Shown here: positions 27,394 through 32,000 of the stretch, piece after piece
Position numbering within the stretch: position 1 is the stretch's first letter
Layout of the letters: the number at the start of each line of letters is the position of its first letter
From: Sinorhizobium meliloti
Lineage (GTDB): Bacteria > Pseudomonadota > Alphaproteobacteria > Rhizobiales > Rhizobiaceae
Length of the DNA stretch: 32,000 bases
Reading direction: 5' to 3'
Assembly (NCBI RefSeq): GCF_017876815.1
Contig: NZ_JAGIOS010000003.1
Location: forward strand, 570,001-602,000
Notes under the pieces: generated by a model
Databases searched by the model: none
Told to the model about the DNA's origin: nothing
What the model saw: the letters and a program-made list of their open reading frames with translations, nothing else
Translations under genes and position numbers: made by a program

Positions 27394-28227
27394 CCTGTTT
27401 CCAGTTGTTTCGAAAATACGACCACCTGACCCGACCCCTTCGCTCCAGCCCCATTACAGGGCCTTCAACGCTAATACGGGTCGATCCGTCCCAGCTTCCT
27501 GCATCGGTACTCTCGCCTCGCGGTGATGTGCCGCTTGTGCTTCTCCCTTGGCATCAGAAAGCTGGTTCCTGCAGTTCCACGCAAAAGCCTGCATCCGTCT
27601 CATGCCCCCTATACGCCGTCCACTGTCCGCCCAGTCATCAGGCTCCCGACGGACTTGTCCCGAGAGATCCATACACCCTCGGTTTTAGTGGTGGTAAAGA
27701 GTTCTAACGACGCGTCATCGAAGGGTTTGCTTGCGCTCATCTTCCGGATGCCTACCTGCCCCGGATCATGTCCGCGGCTTTTGACCCAACGCTCACCACC
27801 ATGGCTCTTCTACCACAGCAGCTTGGGCTGGTTTGAGACCCGCTCCTGAAAGCCGATCCCGAGGGGCCTACCCTCATCTTTCACGCAGCTTCTCAGCATG
27901 TTGTCAGTTCGCCATCGAACCTCCTTCTGCTTGCTGCAGCACACTATGGACGGGCACTAGCGTAGTTCACGTCGCTTTATTTCCTAGATTGCTTCAAGTG
28001 CTTCCGCGACTGTCCAGCCTGGAGATACCGCCGCGCCCAGAAGCTTGGCCTCCTTTTCCTGCTCAAGTTTCATGCACAAAAACTCTAGTGCCTCCTGGAC
28101 CGTTGAATGTGATTCCCCGGACCTACGATATGGACGGATGAAATCGATGGCGATATGGCACAGACCTTCCTCCTTCAGGCGACGACAAGCTCACCGAAGT
28201 TGCGGGGGATCTTGCCGCTAAGCTAAA

Positions 28228-29655
28228 TCACAGTAGCGCTTCCTCCTCGGACATCTCCTCTCCTCGCGCAGGAGCCATCTCCCATGGCGCCGGTTCGCGC
28301 ACCTGCGCCCAGATCGGGTTGTGGATTGATAGGTCGATCTGGCGCGCGAGTTCCACTACGCCGTGGTAGCCGGCGTAGGAGTGCTGGCGCTCCTGGTTGA
28401 TATCGAGCCAGGGCATTTTGGCCTTGAGCGCTATAAATTGGGTGCGTCCGCCCGACAGCATGATATCAGCCTTATGATCCGATAGAGCCGAGTAAAGCTC
28501 GCGCGGCGTCGTCGCCCCACTCATACTATCGTTCGTGAGCATCTGCTTAAGACGCTCCTTATCATTGTCTGTCGATTTCTTAATTGACGTACCCGCGATT
28601 TCCAATCCGATCTCCATCAGCGCATGTGCGACGGACCAGGATTTTACCCCCCCGGTATTGAGAAGCACGCGCTTGCCTTGCAGCCGAGGTCGATAGACCT
28701 CAAGTCTCCTCCACGCCCTTGCCTCTTCTTCTACGATCAGTGCTTCGGTGCGACTGATTAGGTCCGGACCGGCTCCTTGCTTTACAAGCAGTCCAGCGAT
28801 CTGCCTGAGTGCTTCCGAAGTGTCGGTGATGCCATAGAAAGAGCCCTCGAAAAAGGGAATGTCCCAGCGCTCCTGCATCTTGCGTGCGAGATTGATGAGC
28901 GCCGTTGAGCACACCATCATAGCTGCGCGTGCTCGGTGCGCTGTGGCAATATCGAGATAGCGCGAGTCGCCTGGAATACAGGCGCGGACGCGAACACCAA
29001 GCTTGTCCAACAGCGGCCTTACCTGCCAGAATTCGCCGGAGAGGTTGAATTCGCCAAGGATATTGATGTCGCTAGACCGGGCATCATCGGGCTCTACGGT
29101 CCCGATGACATGATCGAGCAAGGCTTCCCCCGCCAGTTTGTTGCCCAGGTTCTTTGAGCCGGCGAAGCCCGGCGCATTGACCGGCACGACCGGCAAGCCG
29201 AACTTTTCCGCCGCACGCCTGCACACCGCGTCTATGTCGTCGCCAATCAGTGCCGTAACGCAGGTCGCATAGACGAAGACCGCCGCCGGGGCATACGCCT
29301 CGTTGATCTCGCGGATTGCTTTGAAGAGCTTTCGCTCGCTATGCCCCATCACCACGTCGAATTCGGTAACATCAGTGGTAAAGCTTGTGCGCCACAGCAT
29401 GTGACTCGAAGAAGCCGTGCCGCGATTGTCCCAGGAGTTGCCCTCACAGGCGAGCGGTGCATGGATCAGATGTGCGACGTTGGTGATCGGCTGCAGTGCC
29501 ACCTTTGCCCCGTCAAATGCGCAGCCGCCGGCTGCCGCGCCCGGCATCGGCGGCTGCGAACAACCCTTCTTTCGCACCTTAAAGTCCTTGCTGCGGTTTC
29601 TTTCGCAGGCAGGTTCGTTGAAGAAGTCCTGATTTTTAGCACTGAGCGAGGGCAT
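28228..29655 (-). CDS. nifE: Nitrogenase FeMo-cofactor scaffold protein NifE
   Basis: 475 aa. GCAFDGAKVALQPI, IHAPLACEGNSWDNRG and the overall NifD-like architecture. It lies downstream of nifK, and GGAGG precedes the ATG. Confidence 0.93.
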   Translation of the reverse strand: MPSLSAKNQDFFNEPACERNRSKDFKVRKKGCSQPPMPGAAAGGCAFDGAKVALQPITNVAHLIHAPLACEGNSWDNRGTASSSHMLWRTSFTTDVTEFDVVMGHSERKLFKAIREINEAYAPAAVFVYATCVTALIGDDIDAVCRRAAEKFGLPVVPVNAPGFAGSKNLGNKLAGEALLDHVIGTVEPDDARSSDINILGEFNLSGEFWQVRPLLDKLGVRVRACIPGDSRYLDIATAHRARAAMMVCSTALINLARKMQERWDIPFFEGSFYGITDTSEALRQIAGLLVKQGAGPDLISRTEALIVEEEARAWRRLEVYRPRLQGKRVLLNTGGVKSWSVAHALMEIGLEIAGTSIKKSTDNDKERLKQMLTNDSMSGATTPRELYSALSDHKADIMLSGGRTQFIALKAKMPWLDINQERQHSYAGYHGVVELARQIDLSIHNPIWAQVREPAPWEMAPARGEEMSEEEALL

Positions 29656-29708
29656 GGCGCTGGCCTCCGTGGCAATCAGAAGGTCGCCGGCTTTGGCCGT
29701 CCGCTGCT

Positions 29709-31250
29709 CTAGCGAGTAAGGTCATAAGAATAGTCCGTCACTCCCACCTGCATCGTCTCACGATCGAGTCGGTCGAAGATCTTATCGAGGATCGTCGTCA
29801 ACACACGCAGTCCACCTTGATAGCCCATCAGGGGAAAACGGTGATGGTGGTGCCGGTCGAAAATCGGAAACATCAGCCGGATCAGCGGCGTGCCGGTATC
29901 GCGCTCCAGATACTTGCCATAGGAATTGCCGATCAGCAGGTCCACCGGCTCGGTGAAAAGGAGTGAGCGCATTGCCCAGAGATCCTTGCTCGCCCAAACC
30001 TGTGCATCATTGCCCAGGGGCGAGGATGCGAGCAGCTTTTTCATCTCAGCTTCCCAGGCTGGGGTGCCGTTGGTTGCGAGGCAGTGGGTTGGCTCCCCTC
30101 CAGTCTCCATGATGAATCGCGCTACGGCGTATACGAAGTCGGGGTCGCCGTAGATCGCGTATTTCTTACCGTGCAGCCAAGACTGGCTGTCCGCCATCGC
30201 GTCGACAAGCCGGCCACGCTCCAGGCGGATTGCCTCGGGGATTTCCCTGCCGGAGATCTCCGATACTTTCACCAGGAACTCGTCTGTCGCCTTGACACCG
30301 AGAGGATAGTGAAAGGACACCGTCGACTGTCCGGCCGCTTTGCAATATTCCAGGGTTCTGCGAGTATTGTATTGCTGCAGTGACACTGTCGCCTCGGCAT
30401 TCAGTGCCGCTCTCACGTCCTCGATCTTGGTGCCTCCGTCATACATGCGGAACTCACCATCCGAGGGCGTATCAAATTGGTCGGAGGCATCTTGGATGAA
30501 CGTATAGGAAACTCCCATCAAATTGAGCAGGCGCTTCAACTCGCGATTGTTCCCGACGCAGAATCCATCGAAACCCGGGATGATGTTGATCGAGCCAGGG
30601 TTTACAGTGCGCTGCTCGCCCTTCCAGAAATTCTCCAGCACGCCTTTAACCATGCTGTCATAGCCATCGACATGGCTGCCGACGAATGCCGGTGTGTGCG
30701 CAAAAGGGACATCGAAATCATGGGGGACGGCGCCTTCGTCCTTGGCATTTTCAATGAAGCCGTGCAAGTCGTCACCAATGACCTCCGCCATGCACGTGGT
30801 CGACACGGCGATCATCTTCGGTTCGTAGAGCTTATAAGTATTGGCTAAGCCATCGACCATGTTCTTCAAGCCGCCAAATACCGCAGCGTCTTCTGTCATC
30901 GAAGATGAGACCGCCGACGACGGCTCCTTGAAATGGCGCGACAGGTGCGAACGGTAATAGGCAACGCACCCTTGACTGCCATGCACAAACGACATTGTTC
31001 GCTCAAACCCGGCCGCCGCAAAAACCGCGCCAAGCGGCTGACAGGCCTTGGCCGGGTTCACGACGAGCGCTTCGCGGGCAAGATTTATTTCGCGATAATG
31101 CCAGGTTTTGGTGAATTCGCGTTGATCAGTGACGGTCCGATCCGGGTATGGTCGTTCGAAGTTTCGCTTCTTTTCGGCCAACATTTTCCTATATTCCGGC
31201 TCGCGGAAAAGGGGAGCATGGTCGAGCACTTTCTCGGCGGATTGCGGCAT
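29709..31250 (-). CDS. nifK: Nitrogenase MoFe protein beta chain NifK
   Basis: 513 aa. [43 protein letters not shown] and [11 protein letters not shown] are typical of NifK. GGAAGAGG lies upstream of the ATG. Confidence 0.95.
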   Translation of the reverse strand: MPQSAEKVLDHAPLFREPEYRKMLAEKKRNFERPYPDRTVTDQREFTKTWHYREINLAREALVVNPAKACQPLGAVFAAAGFERTMSFVHGSQGCVAYYRSHLSRHFKEPSSAVSSSMTEDAAVFGGLKNMVDGLANTYKLYEPKMIAVSTTCMAEVIGDDLHGFIENAKDEGAVPHDFDVPFAHTPAFVGSHVDGYDSMVKGVLENFWKGEQRTVNPGSINIIPGFDGFCVGNNRELKRLLNLMGVSYTFIQDASDQFDTPSDGEFRMYDGGTKIEDVRAALNAEATVSLQQYNTRRTLEYCKAAGQSTVSFHYPLGVKATDEFLVKVSEISGREIPEAIRLERGRLVDAMADSQSWLHGKKYAIYGDPDFVYAVARFIMETGGEPTHCLATNGTPAWEAEMKKLLASSPLGNDAQVWASKDLWAMRSLLFTEPVDLLIGNSYGKYLERDTGTPLIRLMFPIFDRHHHHRFPLMGYQGGLRVLTTILDKIFDRLDRETMQVGVTDYSYDLTR

Positions 31251-31310
31251 GTGGTAACCTCTTCCATATCGGCATCGTCTTGCGGCGGCACAGAGACGTT
31301 CGAGACGTTG

Positions 31311-31336
31311 CTGATCTCTCGCGGGGGAGAGATCAG
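31311..31336 (-). other. Perfect 10-bp stem / 6-nt loop hairpin in the nifD-nifK spacer
   Basis: CTGATCTCTC GCGGGG GAGAGATCAG, beginning 4 nt after the nifD stop on the transcript strand. No U-tract follows. Confidence 0.6.
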
Positions 31337-31340
31337 ACTC

Positions 31341-32000
31341 TCATTCAGCGGCACCTGATGCCGCAGGCATTGTCACCTTCTGCCAGGGCGCGTCGTAGAG
31401 GTCCCAGACCGGATTATTGACCGCAAGGTCCATGTCGCGGGCGAAGATCGCGAAGCCGTCATAGCCGTGATACGGTCCGGAATAATCCCAGGAGTGCATC
31501 TGGCGGAATGGGATGCCCATCTTTTGCACCGAGTATTTTTCTTTGATGCCGGAGCCGACGAGATCGGGGCGAATCCTCTCGATGAACTTTTCGAGTTCAT
31601 AGCCGGTGACATCGTCATAGATCAGCGTGCCCTCCTTCACGTAGTGGCCAGTGCGCTGATAATCGTCGTTGTGGGCGAATTCGTAACCGGTCCCTACGAT
31701 CTCCATGCCGAGGTCCTCATAGGCAGTAATAACGTGACGTGGTCGCAAGCCGCCGACGTAAAGCATTACCCTTTTGCCGTGAAGGCGCGGCCAGTACTTG
31801 TCGATCACAGCATCGGTCAAGCCACTGTACTTCCCGATTACCCTCTCCGCCCTTTCCTCGATTTCCGGTCCAAAATGTTTCGCTATCTGGCGCAACGAGG
31901 CTTCGATCTGGGATGGCCCGAAAAAATTGTACTCCATCCAAGGAACACCATACTTTTCCTCCATGTGCCGGCAGATGTAATTCATCGACCGGTAGCAGTG
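31341..32000 (-). CDS. nifD: Nitrogenase MoFe protein alpha chain NifD, C-terminal part (gene continues beyond the window)
   Basis: The open frame runs to the window edge. [74 protein letters not shown] are typical of NifD. Confidence 0.93.
   Translation of the reverse strand, partial: HCYRSMNYICRHMEEKYGVPWMEYNFFGPSQIEASLRQIAKHFGPEIEERAERVIGKYSGLTDAVIDKYWPRLHGKRVMLYVGGLRPRHVITAYEDLGMEIVGTGYEFAHNDDYQRTGHYVKEGTLIYDDVTGYELEKFIERIRPDLVGSGIKEKYSVQKMGIPFRQMHSWDYSGPYHGYDGFAIFARDMDLAVNNPVWDLYDAPWQKVTMPAASGAAE

Larger units (their letters stand above)
26049..27944 (-). mobile_element. Group II intron (RmInt1-like, bacterial IIB type), sense orientation in the nifE-nifX spacer
   Basis: The 5' end is GUGUG at 27944. 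Domain V is at 26097..26130. Domain VI is a hairpin with a bulged A (26061..26093). The intron encodes an RT/maturase. EBS1 UAUGGAU lies in a hairpin loop at intron position 272 and pairs with the last 7 nt of the 5' exon, GUCCAUA. EBS2 GGGCA (about position 184) pairs with the adjacent UGCCC. The 3' boundary is uncertain, between 26049 and 26061. Confidence 0.85.

Noticed and set aside
27468-27473. Alternative intron 5' end at GTGCC (27957), with EBS1 = UAGCGU
   Set aside because: The complementary hexamer lies at intron position about 485, only about 80 nt before the IEP start, which is too late for domain I. The GUGUG end at 27944 gives EBS1 in a hairpin loop at position 272, with a contiguous EBS2 match.
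1-32000. CRISPR arrays, tRNA or rRNA genes
   Set aside because: I saw no regularly spaced direct repeats, no cloverleaf-like conserved tRNA boxes and no rRNA-like stretches when reading the intergenic regions. This was not checked with dedicated software.

Overview
This window is a rhizobial symbiosis-plasmid segment. Its gene order matches what I recall for Sinorhizobium meliloti/medicae pSymA, but I could not run a search to confirm that. On the minus strand it carries the host-specific nod genes nodQ-nodP, nodG, nodE and nodF. nodH diverges from nodF on the plus strand, and each has a canonical 47-bp nod box. Further along are syrM (minus, with a degenerate nod box upstream), nodD3 (plus), and the minus-strand nif block fdxB, nifX, nifE, nifK and the 3' part of nifD, which runs off the window.

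Several mobile elements are inserted among these genes:
- An 8.3-kb nested insertion complex sits exactly at the 3' end of nodH. The outer element is an IS66-family IS with perfect 22-bp inverted repeats and an 8-bp target duplication.
- That outer IS was later hit twice: by a second, intact 3.1-kb IS66-family element that carries a fourth ORF, and by a 2.6-kb cargo-less element encoding a 691-aa large serine recombinase.
- A decayed IS3-family element lies between syrM and nodD3.
- An IS66 transposase remnant lies beside nodQ.
- An RmInt1-like group II intron (419-aa RT/maturase with no endonuclease domain) sits in sense orientation in the nifE-nifX spacer.

The small nif-associated genes between nifX and fdxB, and one gene downstream of fdxB, appear to be pseudogenes. 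I saw no rRNA, tRNA or CRISPR array.

The best candidates for new biology are the serine-recombinase element, which sits at a dyad-symmetric site inside a conserved IS66 transposase motif, and the intron embedded in the nif operon transcript.
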